Source: Flaccisagitta enflata (taxonomy: Eukaryota). From it: DNA of 64,000 nucleotides. Both the position numbers and the translations under genes were made by a program. Positions 13,742 to 27,835 of the stretch are shown here, piece after piece; positions within the stretch are counted from its first letter, which is position 1, and the number at the start of each line of letters is the position of its first letter. The stretch is from positions 25,854,001 to 25,918,000 of the forward strand of contig OZ231126.1 in assembly GCA_965153355.1 (NCBI GenBank), read 5' to 3'. The notes below the pieces were generated by a model. It made no database searches and was not told the DNA's origin. It worked only from the letters and a program-made list of their open reading frames with translations.

Positions 13742-14490
13742 ATTTTTCTGTCTCTTTCTATCTTGCCCTATCCTTCTTTTCCCTTTTTTCTCTCCTTTTC
13801 TTTTTTCTGATTCTGGTTTAATTTTCGTGGCACAAAAAAGATTCAGTCTCTTCTTGGAGACTTCGTTTGCATATTTCTGTTCATGCGTCTTCAGCCTTCA
13901 GAGAGGGCCTCGAGCGTCGATCTCACTTTTCTTTAAGAATTCTGAGGGAAGAAAAAACACTCTGCAAAAAAAACTTACCCTACAAGCATTGCTACCAAAT
14001 TCGCATATACATTGTAATCAAATTTGAAACGAGGAGATATCAAGCGCAATGTAAATGTTGTAAATCTTTTTTAGACTATGTACAAGTGGGGTTCTATCAT
14101 ACTCAACGGGATGGTAACATTTTGGAGAATTCGGCTGTGCAGCGCACATTAAAGCGTCATGTTCTGCTGTTGTGCGCACAATTGACCCCCGGCGTTAAGA
14201 CGGCCTTTCCCATGGAGCCCGTAAAAAGGTTCAATGCCAACCCATACTTGGACTCATATTTCACGATTCATAAAAACCTCAAAATCATTTACATCTCCCA
14301 AAGAAAAATGAAATCGTAAAAATCAATCAACGCGAAAACAGAATGAAAACTGAAAAGTTTCCACAACGTAAAAAAGATCGTTAAAGGGCCGAGGCAAGAA
14401 AAAGATGATTTTTATTTTCGAGTTGTAAATTGAGCAGTTTTTGAAATTTCTTTCTAGCTTTTGGTCTTTGAGGTGAGATCCGCGCTTGGA

Positions 14491-14533
<43 letters not shown>

Positions 14534-14701
14534 TAGAAAGATGACGAGCATTTATGTTTCTTAAACGTCAGAATCTTTTGTTCTTTTAACACCTTAATTC
14601 TCAAAATTACGACTTTGGCGTCCCGGCGTATCGTAACTGTTGGCCCTCCTCGAGTTATGAGGTTACTGCTGGAGGATTTGCCATTCAGTCATTTTGTTCT
14701 T

Positions 14702-14800
<99 letters not shown>

Positions 14801-16464
14801 TTAGTGTCGTCAAGCTCGGTTGCATCTAAGTTTGGTCGAAAATGCAAAGGCAGACGAATAATTCATCCCAAATTCCTTTGTTGATTGGACCCGGCTGTCT
14901 CTCTGTTGAGCTTGGGCTCACCTTCTGTTTGGCTGTGCTGTCCATCTAGTAGGCTTGGGCTCTTCCACGACTCAGCCATTTGTTGAACATGGGTTTGGGT
15001 ATAGTGAGGGTTATTGACTTATTGTTCCACTTGTCATGGCCATGGGTACTACTGTTTAGCTAGCTAGGACTCTTTCTCTGTCCGCTTGGGCTGTCCATCT
15101 ATTTAGCATGCTCTGTCCTTTTGTTCAGCATCGCTACACTCTTTGTTTAGCATAAGCTGTCCTTCTGCTAAAACAGACTGTTCATTATTGGCTTATAAAG
15201 CTGTGGCGGTTCCATTCCGCTCTGTGTATCGATTGATTAAGCTAATCTCAAGAAGTCTACCTTTGCCTCCTCATTTTACCGGTTGTCCTGCTTCACTGAC
15301 TTGACGCCACGTACCGACCTACCGACCTACCGACCGACACGGCAAGGTGTAAAGTCGCGTATCCGCGACTAAAAATTGAGAGTATGTTATCGTTTTCAGG
15401 GAAAAAATTCTTGAGCTTCGGCCTGGCATCTCTCTCGCAGCTTGGACGCTAAGCATAGCTTTCTGCCTCAAAGGCATTTGTTCGTCTTTCCTTTTGAAAC
15501 TTACTGACATAAGGGACCCATTGGCGTCTTTGAGCAGCGGCCATTTTCTAAAGGTAATAATACGAGAAAGTATCCTCTTAAGCTAACGAGGAAAACATTA
15601 AGTTCACCTTCAAGTCGTCATATACTCCTTCTATGTTGATTGCTCAGTGCGTTGCTCAGTCCATTGGTCAGTCCATCAATCAGTCAGACCATCCATCCTT
15701 TTGTCCATATGCCCATTTCATCCATCTATCATGTTTAAGATACTTACATAAAAGTTTGTTCCTTTCATCAGTGAGAGCAGTGAAAAAAGCCTCCATTTTC
15801 ACTTCCTTTCATTTTAGCACCACTCAGCTTTTCATTTTCAGTAAAAGCACGCGAAAACATTTCCCTCTGAAACTGTCGCTTGGGAGAAAAAACATTTTCC
15901 TCGAGCATCACCACAACTCCTCGTCCTCATCCCTCGGCCCCTCAGTGTCTCATTCCCCCGTCTCTGAGTTTTATCACTTCCTCCACTCGTCCAAATTTGT
16001 CTTGACCTCGATGTGGGACGGAAGCACCTCATAGAAAACACTTTCTTAGTGGACCATTCAAAAATTAGATTAGAATTGGGGAAAAATGGGAATTATTGGC
16101 TTCGTGAGTAACGTGGGATGTTGATTTTGAGTTGAATTCACGACCTTGCCCTTGATCCATGGATATTGGGAAACAGGAAGTAGCATTTCGGGGTTGGGTG
16201 GGTAATATGTGTGGGCAATACGTATGGGTAGCGTGTGTATTTTGGCTGACTGCGTATAGTGTAAATCTATCACTGTGAGAATGTGAGCTTGCTGTGAATT
16301 TGTTTTCTATACCTGATATGTGGGAATAAATGTTCGACATGTTTTATGTCTTCCCCTCCCACCCTTTATTGCATTTTTGCCCAAAAACTTTCTCTCTTTC
16401 AACCATGGGCCAAAAAGGCTCAATTGAGGATGCCTGCTCATGAGAGAAAGAGAAAGAGAGAGAG

Positions 16465-16507
<43 letters not shown>

Positions 16508-16751
16508 TCCGGTGAAACTAAAGACTGAATGCTGATTGATGCCATGAGATGTTTCCGACATAAATACTTTTCACTCTCTCTCATATGAAACTCTTAACTA
16601 TTTTTTAAAAGGTTCATTATAACTGTCGTGTGCTTTGAAGTCGATTTTTTACCGGCCGGTTCTTTTTTTTTTACTTCTGAACGGAAGATTAATGATAGAA
16701 AGAAGACCTTTACCATCATCATGACTAGTACAAGTATGCGCGTGCATTTCA

Positions 16752-17310
16752 AGGTCTGATTTGAGTCTGGTTTGGTCTGGTTTGGTCTGGTTTTGGTCTG
16801 GTTTAATTCTTGTTTAGATCTGGTTTGAGTCTGGTTTGAGTCTGGTTTGAGTCTGGTTTGGTCTGGTTTTGATTCTGGTTTGAGCCTGGTTGGTTTAGGC
16901 CTGGTTTGAGCCTGGTTTCGGTCTGGTTTAAGTCTGGTTTGAATCTGGTTTGAGTCTGGTTTGAGTCTGGTTTATGTCTGGTTTATGTCTGGTTTGAGTC
17001 TGGTTTGAGTCTGGTTTGAGTCTGGTTTGAGTCTGGTTTGAGTCTGGTTTAAGTCTGGTTTGAGTCTGGTTTGAGTCTGGGCTTAAATCTGAAACATGTC
17101 TAGTTTATGTCTGATTTAGAGTGCGGTTTAATTCGGTTTGAGTCTGGTTTGAGTCTGGTTTGAGTCTGGTTTTGAGTCTGGTTTGGGGTCTGGTTTGGGT
17201 CTGTTTGGGTTGCTTTTAAGTTTGATTTTTCGATAAAAAGATACAATAAGGGAGTCAGTTCAGTTCAGTTATTTTTGTCCTGCACGCGACTTATAGGTGT
17301 TGGCCTTGTT
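16752..17310 (+). repeat. 11-bp tandem array (GAGTCTGGTTT)n followed by a HINE 3' end
   Basis: Array at ~16752-17200. HINE terminus GCACGCGACTTATAGGTGTTGGCCTTGTT at 17282-17310. Confidence 0.85.
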
Positions 17311-17511
17311 AAGTTGTAAAATGGCAATATTTCTTTTAATCCTTTTAAATGCTCAATTACTGGCACTTTTGGTTTGTTTCTCTATTTGATGGTGCCTTGG
17401 TGATTCTGTTGAGCTAATTCTCAATGTCCCTTTTATCCGTGCTTCCAGTTTGCTTTGGGGAACCTTCCATTTGTTCTAACAAACTTGCCCTTTACTTTTT
17501 ACATCTGTCTA

Positions 17512-17662
17512 AAAAAGTCACCCTGCAAAAGTCACCCTACAAAAGTCACCCTACAAAAGTCACCCTGCAAAAGTCACCCTGCAGTCACCCTGCAAAAGTC
17601 ACCCTGCAAAAGTCACCCTGCTAAAGTCACCCTGAAAAAGTCACCCTGAAAAAGTCACCCCG
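17512..17662 (+). repeat. 14-bp tandem array (AAAAGTCACCCTGC)n
   Basis: About ten adjacent units read directly. Confidence 0.9.
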
Positions 17663-17981
17663 ATAAAATTACCCCCAAGAAAGTGAACTAGTGGTTGACT
17701 TTTGGTTGAATTTCTTGTCAATTTTCTGGATACATTATGTTGACAGCATGGTTGACACTCTAGTTGACCTTGTAAATCTTCCTCCTAATCACCAGTAAAC
17801 ATGAAAATACAGTTAACTTAACTGTCAACCACTGATGCATGGTGATGTTTGAAGTTGGCAAAAATTTTTGTTTTCTGCCTCCATGACTTTATTTTTAATT
17901 TTTATCATGCTATGGTCAACCTTATTTGTTTCTTTGACATTGTAGAGTTAAGAATTTTTATATTATCTTTAAAAAGACTAG

Positions 17982-18838
17982 ATAAGAGACTCACTTTGTT
18001 CAAGCTCAGTGTCTTCAGCCATTCTCATGGAGAACCATCTGACCATGTTAAGGTACTTATATTTGAAGTATTGTTAAATCTTGCAAAAATGAATGTCAGG
18101 GGACTAAGATTTTCTGTTAGTTGCTGAATAGACGTAATTGCTGTCCTTGGATTCTATAGCTCTGATCCATATAGCTCTGATCCATTATAGCATAGTGAAA
18201 CTGCACTATCAACTGGGGCCAAATACTTTTGAAGTCACTTATCTTTGAGGATTTACAGTCATCACTTGCTCACATTGCAGAGGTCCAAATCGGTTGCCAG
18301 TGTGCCCCTTTGGATGTAACATTGAAATTGTGGATGGCGGCATTGATGGTAATGTTGACACTATATTGCAATATTTTTGTTTTAGATTGAAAACAATGTG
18401 TACTGGTTATTGGTCACAACTGATGCTGCCATATATATACTTTTGGTTTGTTATTGGTAATGTTCAACAACAAGTACTTAGGCTTGTTTTAATATAACAT
18501 TGTTTCTGCATTGACCAGGTGATGAAGGGGTCCAGTTCAGTGATGATGAGCCGTGGGAGGATGAGCTGTGGGAGGCCGAACCAAGCGACGAGGAGGCAAG
18601 CGATGAGGAGCCGACTGAGGACGCCACTGTCTTGGATCATATGGTTTCAGAAAATAACACAGCTGACTTTTATTCTGAGGAATTTGGATCCAGAGAAGAT
18701 CATGGAAATGATGATTTTGAAGGCCCAAATCCACATGAAAATTGGGAAGAATATGTTAGCTGGGTTGCGGAGTTATGGAATGGGTTTCGCATCAAAGAGT
18801 TTCGCATTGCTGAGGGTCCATGTCTTGACCTTGACTAG
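17982..18838 (+). CDS. Putative three-exon orphan gene or pseudogene: Cys cluster plus highly acidic C-terminus
   Basis: Exons 17982-18052, 18191-18348 and 18519-18838 are joined by GT-AG introns in matching phases (2, 1). Translation: ...MENHLTMLS IVKLHYQLGPNTFEVTYL*GFTVITCSHCRGPNRLPVCPFGCNIEIVDGGID GDEGVQFSDDEPWEDELWEAEPSDEEASDEEPTEDATVLDHMVSENNTADFYSEEFGSREDHGNDDFEGPNPHENWEEYVSWVAELWNGFRIKEFRIAEGPCLDLD*. There is an in-frame TGA at 18246-18248, and an alternative same-phase acceptor at 18280 skips it. Confidence 0.55.
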
Positions 18839-19384
18839 CATGTCTTAAATGAGAAATGGAAAAATGGGTGTTGGTATTATAGCATTTCTTTTTGATTCAT
18901 TTTTGACGTCTTGAAACAATCTCTGATTGTGAATTTTTGTTTATTTTTTAGTATCAAAAACTAAGCCTTATTGGCCTACTACTTGGCATTTGGCTCTCCA
19001 TGTGCATTCAACTCAGGCTGTGATTGGTACTGGTAGTGAGTTTAGGAGAATTCTTTTTTCTCATGTGTTTCTTCCCTGCTGGTTTGTATTTCAGTCTGCA
19101 TAATGAAGCTAAGTTACCTGTTACTCTGCCTTGCAAAATACATGTTATAAATTGTCATATCAGAATAAGTTAATCTTTGTCTGTCAGAATTGGTAGACCT
19201 ACCCCCGTTAGAGGAAGTTAATCTTTCTTTGCTTTCTGAGGCTGGTTATCACAACAAGACAATAATCCATTAAAGTAGACAAAATTGATTCTACCAATCA
19301 GTACGTCAAGGACTACCATGCTATGGCCCTAAAGGAAACTCTCAAATATGTGAGTTTGGGATAAACTTTTGCATTAGCTCTTTG

Positions 19385-22300
19385 GTTGTCAACCAGGGGG
19401 TCAACCAGGGGGTCAACCAGGGAGTCAACCAGGGAGTCAACCAAAAGGTCAGCCAAAAGGTCAACCAAAATATTACCCAGTCCTGCTCTGCTGTGGCTGC
19501 TGCAAGCAAACTGTTTTTTAACTTACGTTTTCATCTGTTATTGCTGCGCTGTTTGACTGCTGCGACATAAATCCCCCTTTAAACCCCTGCCTTATAGCCC
19601 CAACCATCCTGATATATACCCTTATAATATAATAGACATCAGCAGCATGAAATCATGAAATTGGCTCCTAAGGAAAAATCAACCAGCAACAGCCCAGCAG
19701 CCTTTGTCAACCAGTCTAAGGGAAATTCAGCCAGAGAGACTGATAATTGCGTCCAGTGTCAACAAGACAATCTATGCAAAAATCAACCAGTCAACTAGTG
19801 ATTCTATAAGAAAATCAACCAGAGCGCCTACAAAATAATCAACCAGGGAGTCAGCTAGAGAGTCTTTGAAATAGTCAACCACAGAGTCTATAAAAAAGTC
19901 AACCAGAGAGTCTAGCAAAAAGTCAGCCAAGAGTCCAACCAGAATGTCAACCAGAGTCCTTGAAACTCAACCAGAGTCCAGCTAAACAGCCTTGAGAGAT
20001 GAATCCAGGATGTCAACCATTGTCAACCAAACAATCTAAGAGAAAATCAACCAGAAAGTCAACCAGAGAATCTATGAAACAATCAACCAGAAATTCAACC
20101 AGTCTATGAAAAAGTCACCCAGAGAGTCTATGAAAAGTCACCCAGAGTCATGAAAAGTCACAGAGAGTCTATGAAAAACTTGGAAAGTCTGTGAAAAAAG
20201 TCACCCAGAGTCTGAAAAAGTCAGCAGGAAGTCTGTGAAAAAGAAGTCAACAGAGAAGTCTATGAAAAAAATCAACCAGAGGTCTATGAAAAAAGCAGAG
20301 GTCTATGAAAAAAAGATCAACTTAGAGTGTCTGTAAAAAAGTCAACCAGAGAGTCTGTAAACAAGAGTCAACCAGAAGAGTCTATAAAAAAAAGTCAGCC
20401 AGTGAGTCTTAAAGGAAAGTCAACAGAGTCTATAAGTAAATCAGCCAGAAGAGTCTGAGACTGTCAGCAAGTGTCAACAAAAAAGTCAGCAGAGTCTTTG
20501 AGAAAAGCATGATACAGAGTCAGCCAGACAGTCATAAGAGGAATACAACCACAATGTCAGCCAAGATTCAGCAGACAATCTGTAAATGTGTTCCAACAGA
20601 GTCATCAAAAGGTCAGCCAAGGTCAGCCAAAGGGTCAGCAAAGTATTATGAGTCCTGCTCTGCTGTTAGCTGCTGGAGAAGCAAATCATTTCTTAACATG
20701 AGTTCATCATCTGTTGTGCTGCGCTGTTTGACTGTCTTGGTACCAAATCCCCCTTTAAACCTATATCCATATTTAACCATCTTATATATACCCTTATAAT
20801 ATAATAGACAGCAGCAGCAGCAAATCATGAGTGGCTCCTAAGGAAAAATCAACCAGCAGCAGCCCAGCAGCCTTTGTCAACCAGTGAGTCTAAGAGAAAT
20901 TCAGCCAGAGAGACTGATAATTGTGTCCAGTGTCAACAAGACAATCTATGCAAAAATCAACCAGTCAACTGGTGAGTCTATAAGAAAATCAACCAGAGAG
21001 CCTACAAAATTATCAACCAGAGAGTCAGCTAGAGAGTCTTTGAAAAAGTCAACCACAGAGTCTATGGAAAAGTCAACCAGAAAGTCAACCAGAAAGTCAA
21101 CCAGAAAATCAACCGGAAATCTGGTCTAGTTGATGTTAATATTCAGACTTTGGTTGACTCTCTAGTTACAGTCTGGCTGACTAGCCTTGAGAGGAATACA
21201 ACCAGAATGTCAACCATTGTCAGCAGACAATCTAAGAGAAAATCAACCAGAAAGTCAGCCAAGAGAATCATGAGAAAATCAATCAGAAAGTCAACCAGAG
21301 AGTCTTTGGAAAAGTCAACCACAGAGTCTGAGAAAATCAATCAGAAAGTCAACCAGAGTCTATGAAAAAGTCAACCAGAGAGTCAATGAAAAAGTCAACC
21401 AGAGAGTCAACCAGAAAGTCAACCAGAGAGTCAACCAGAACGTCAACCAGGGAGTCTTTGAGAAACTCAACCAGAGTCAGCCAAACAGCCTTGAGAGATA
21501 CTACCAGAATGTCAACCATTGTCAACCAGACAATCTAGAGAAAATCAGCAGAAATTGTGAAGATCTGTGAAAAAATCAGCAGAAATTCAACAGTCTCTGA
21601 AAAAGTCAACCAGAGAGTCTATGAAAAGTCAACCAGTGAGTCTAAGGGAAAGTCAACCTGAGCGTCTATAAGAAAGTAACCAGAGAGTGCTGAGACAGTC
21701 CTTCAGTCAGCAAAGTCAGCAGAATGTCTGTGAAAATCAACCAGAAAGTCCTTGGAGTCGATGAAGTCAGCAGAGTCTTAAAAAAGTCAGCCAGTGAGTC
21801 TAAGGGAAAGTCAACCAGAGAGTCTGGGACAGTCAACAGTGAGTCTAAGAGACAGTCAACCAGAGAGTCAACCAAAAAGTCAACCAGAAAGTCTATGAGA
21901 AAGTCAACCAGAAAGTCAACCAGAGTGTCAACCAGAAAGTCAACCAGAGTGTCAACCAGAAGGTCAACCAGAGTCAACCAAAAAGTCAACCAGGGAGTCT
22001 TTGAGAAACTCAACCTGAGTCAGCCAGACAGCCATAAGAGATACAACCAGAATGTAAACCAAAGATTCAACCAGACAATCGATGAAAAAGTAAACCTGAG
22101 AGTCAACCAGGGAGTCATCCAAAAGGTCAGCTAAATGGTCAACCAAAATATTAACGAGTCCTGCTCTGCTGTGGCTGCTACAAGCAAATCATTTCTTAAC
22201 TTAGGTTCTCATCTGTTATTGCTGCGCTGTTTGACTGCTGTGCAGTAAATCCCCTTTAAACCCCTGCCTTATAGCCCCTACCATCCTTATATATACCCTT

Positions 22301-23655
22301 ATAATATAATAGACAGCAGCAGCAGGAAATCATGAAATTGGCTCCTAAGGAAAAATCAACCAGCAGCAGCCCAGCAGCCTTAGTCAACCAGTGAGTCTAA
22401 GGGAAATTCAGCCAGAGAGACTGATAATTGTATCCAGTGTCAACAAGACAATCTATGCAAAAATCAACCAGTCAACTTGTGAGTCTATAAGAAAATCAAC
22501 CAGAGAGCCTACAAAATATTCAACCAGGTAGTCAGCTAGAGAGTCTTTGAAAAAGTCAACCAGAGAGTCTATGAAAAAGTCAATCAGAGATTCAACCAGG
22601 AAGTCAACCAGAGAGTCAACCAGAATGTCAACAAGGGAGTCTTTGAGAAACTCAACCAGAGTCAGCAACAGCCTTGAGTAACCAGAAATTCAGCCAGTGT
22701 CCAGACAATCTAAGAGAAATCAGCAGAAGTCAGCAGAAGTCTATGAAAAAAGTCAGCAATTCAGCCAGAAAGTCAACAGAGTCAACCAGAATGTCAACCA
22801 GAGTCTTTGAGAAGCTAGAGTCAGCAAACAGCCTTGAGAGATACAGCAGAATGTCAACCATTGTCAACGGACAATCTAAGAAAATCAACAGAAAGTCAGA
22901 CTTAGAGAATCTATGAGAAAATCAACCAGAAGGTCTATGAAAAGTCAGCCAGAAGTCTTTGAAAAGTCAGCCAGTGAGTCTAGGGAAAGTCAACCATGAA
23001 GAGTCTGAGACAGTCCCAGCAGGGAGTCAGCAGAAAGTCAGCAGAGTCAACCAGAAAGTCAACCAGAAAGTCAGCCAGAAGGTCAACCACAAAGTCAAAC
23101 AGAAAGTCAACCAGAAAGTCAACCAGAAAGTCAACCAGAAAGTCAACCAGAAAGTCAACCAGAAAGTCAACCAGAAAGTCAACCAGAGAAATCCCGACAG
23201 AAAGTCTGACAGAAGTCAACCCCAAAGTCAGCAGAAAGAAGTCTGACAAAACTCAAACAGATAATCTAAGACCAAATCAACCAGAAAGTCAACCAGAGAG
23301 TCTATGAGAAGGTCAACCAGAGAGACTACGAAAAAGTCAACCAGTGAGTCTAAGAGAAAGTCAACCAGAGAGTCTGAGACAGTCAACCAAAATGTCAAGC
23401 AGAAAGTCAACCAGAAAGTCAACCAAAATGTCAGCCAAAATGTCAACCAAAATGTCAACCAAAATGTCAACCAAAATGTCAACCAAAATGTCAACCAAAA
23501 TGTCAACCAAAATGTCAACCAAAATGTCAACCAAAATGTCAACCAAAATGTCAACCAAAATGTCAACCAAAATGTCAACCAAAAAGTCAACCAGAAAGTC
23601 AACCAGAAAGTCAACCAGAAAGTCAACCAGAAAGTCAACCAGAAAATCAACCGGA
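19385..23655 (+). repeat. Higher-order satellite built from the 12-bp unit AGAAAGTCAACC / AAAATGTCAACC
   Basis: Pure arrays at ~23100-23190 and 23420-23645, degenerate elsewhere. A ~280-bp non-array module recurs at 19479, 20651 and 22157. An end module (CCGGAAATCTGGTCTAGTTGATG) recurs at 21113 and 23651. Confidence 0.92.
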
Positions 23656-24106
23656 AATCTGGTCTAGTTGATGTTAATATTCATACTTTGGTTGACTCAC
23701 TAGACCACATTCTGGCTGACTCGCTTTAATAATCCACGGTATCTAAGGAAATACTTTTGCATTGGCTCTCAGGTTGTGCATGCACAATTGACACACTGTT
23801 GACACTGAACAGTATTTAACTGACCTAATTCCAACATGAACTCATAATAACTCATGTAGCTGACTCATAGCTGACTCCTTGGCTGGCTCAGCTGACTTTC
23901 ACGGCGAAAGCTCCATAATGACTTTCTTTGCTTAGCTCCTGAACTCTGTGAATTAACTATTTTGGGTAGTCACAGTTGACTACACAAAATTAAACCTGAG
24001 GGTAATAATTTAATTGACCTGAATTTGACTATTTAATTGACTTCAGACTCTTTAGATGACCTGAACAACTCTTTGGGTAACCTGAGCCAGCTCTTTGAAT
24101 ATTACT

Positions 24107-24306
24107 TCTGCACCCAACTTTGTTGGTCCGTCGCTCCATCGGTCTGTCCGTCCGTCGGTCCATCCGTCAGTCCGTCCGTCACACTTTACTTTTTTAGTTT
24201 TTTGCGGTTTTTGGCCTCACTGCTCCTGCCCAAATGATCTGGTGACCTCAATAACAGCCCCTGCCCACCTGCACGCGACTGGGGTTGCCGTGTATCCCGC
24301 CTCGAT
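24107..24306 (+). mobile_element. 5'-truncated family-A HINE
   Basis: CTTTGTTGGTCCGTC...CTGCTCCTGCCCAAATG...CGCGACTGGGGTTGCCGTGTATCCCGCC. The 5' hairpin is missing. Confidence 0.7.
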
Positions 24307-24401
24307 TTTTGCCGGGCTCGCTGTTTTTCCGTCGGGCTCTGTAAAATTATAAGGAGAGAGCCCGGTTGGCTCTTCCAAAAAAATCACTAAAAAAAGGCCT
24401 G

Positions 24402-25686
<1,285 letters not shown>

Positions 25687-27169
25687 TCTATCTCCTCTTT
25701 CTCCACCACCGCACCTGCACCTTCTCTTTGCCTGCTCCTTCCTCCTCCGTTTCTGGGCGTTCCCTCTCTCCTTCCTCCTCATCCTCGTTCTCCTCCTATC
25801 TTAATCCTGCTGCTGTCTTTTCCCCCTTCCTTTCCTCTTCATCTCCATCTTTTCTCCCCTGCCTCCTCCTTCGCCTCGTCCTCCTCCTGCTCCTGCGGAC
25901 GCTGCCAGGATTAGCGACGTCATTGCGTCGATCTTGTTTTTGAGGTCATAAACGCTGGCGACGCTCCAGATTGATTAACAGCCTCTCATTGGTCACATAA
26001 CTAACGAATTACGAACGAGTTCAATCGGACGTCGTCGTTCGACCTCGAATCCTTTTTTTTTTCTTTTTTTTTTCTTTCTTTTTCCTTTTCATAGTTTTCT
26101 TGCCTTCATTTCGTGTTGCCGGCTGAGGAGGCTTCTCTTTTTTGCTTTTTTCCTTCCCTTGGATGAAAAAAAAATTGGAAAAGATGTATGGAGAAAAAAA
26201 TCGAAAGCAGCAAGGAAAAATAGATTAAAAACAGAGAGGAAAAAGTGGGAAGGAAGGGAGGCCAGCTTCTTTTCCTATCTCTTGCTTTTTTTTCTCCTCT
26301 TGAAATCGAGTATTATGGTGCATCGGAACTAGAGCAACTAGACATGGGTCATAGGGTTATATGGAAAATCTTTCTCCGTGGGACTGGTATTCCAACTAAG
26401 GATGGGTCATGGGTTCATGGGACAGTTAGGATCTGTTTAAAAGATTGGAGCGGACAGGTTTGGAGGGATTTGGGCTTGCAGTTCAATGGACTAGAGCGAG
26501 TAGACTCGAATTTTGGAGGCTTTTAAAGGGCTGACGGATTTACTTATATTCTATCCCGGCTCAGCTTTAAGTGCCACATTTGAGCGAAACTAAATGGCTT
26601 AAGTAACATAGACAAAGACATGATTTATATTTGGGGTTGACTTAGAGTGACTGGGTGGATTTATCTTGATTAGTGGGAAGAATCTTGATTTTAGGTTGTG
26701 GGTGTCATGAGCATTTTACAATGGGAAGATCAGAAGGATGTGAGGGACTTAGGGCGTTCAGCACACTCATCTGGTACTCTGTCTTGTCACTTACACATTT
26801 CACAAACAACCGACAATTATAGATTTTTCTTGCTGTTGATATGAATCTATTGAGCCGCCTTGTGGTAAGGTTTGAGGTGAATTTTGATAATTCTAAGGAT
26901 AGCTGTGAGGGGTCCGGATGAAACACCAGTTAGAGCTCCCAAGGCTCTTGTCCCTATTAGATTTTTTATGGTAAGGTAATGTTGTCCAACTCATAAAACC
27001 GATATTTGTCATCGATTAGTCAGACTAAGCGACAAGGAAGTAATGTATAATTCATTGCTACTGAAACATCTCATGACAGTTTTTCTTTTGCAAAAAATCA
27101 TGATTGTGAGCGTCGAAAACAAGTAATATTGTGGTGGTCTCACTGGTTTGTATCTGTAACATCATTTAG

Positions 27170-27212
27170 GTAAGAAAAAAGAGACAAAGAAAGAAAGAAA
27201 GGAAAGAAAAAA

Positions 27213-27248
<36 letters not shown>

Positions 27249-27280
27249 AAAAAGAAAGACAGACAGACAGACAGACAGAC

Positions 27281-27339
<59 letters not shown>

Positions 27340-27835
27340 AAAAAAGAAAGAAAAATAGAAAGGAAGACGAGAGGAAGTAAAAAAGACAGAAAGAAAGAAT
27401 GAAAGAAATAAAGTAAGAAAGAAGTAAAGAGAGGAAAAAAAGAAACCAAGAAAAAGGAAAAAAAGAAAGAAAGAAAGAAAGACAGAAAGACAGAAAGAAA
27501 GAAAGAAAAAGATAGAAAGAAAGAAGGAAGGAAGGAAGGAAGGAAGTAAGGAAGGAAGGAAGGAAGGAAGGAAGGAAGGAAGGAAGAAAGGAAGGAAGGA
27601 AGGAAGGAAGGAAGGAAAAAAAGTGGGTAAGAAAGAGAGGAAGTACAAAAGAGAAAAAGAATGATAGAAAGAAAGAATGAGTAGTAGAAAGAACCATCCG
27701 AGAGAAAGAGAGAAAGGAAAAGACAGAAAAATAGAGAAAGAAAGAATAAAACTTGAAAGAGAAAGAAAGAATAAAAGGAAAAGAAAGAATGAAACGAGAA
27801 CGGGAAAAAAAAGAAAGTTTAGCAAGGACAGTCAA
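27170..27835 (+). repeat. Polypurine tract (GAAA)n/(GGAA)n/(GACA)n
   Basis: Almost purely A/G over ~650 bp. Confidence 0.9.

Noticed and set aside
16752-17200. GT-rich 11-mer as a telomeric repeat
   Set aside because: It is interstitial, degenerate and attached to a HINE 3' end, and it does not match TTAGG/TTAGGG.
18846-18900. SECIS-like ATGA...AAAAA...GA hairpin downstream of the gene with the in-frame TGA
   Set aside because: Only ~6 bp pair (GAAATG/CATTTC) and a T-run separates the stem from the GA, which is not canonical SECIS geometry. CpG decay or the alternative acceptor is simpler. SECISearch could settle it.
19382-23729. STRK/VNQK/FWLT repeat ORFs as a repetitive protein
   Set aside because: The 12-bp unit is open in several frames on both strands, and the array is full of frameshifting indels.
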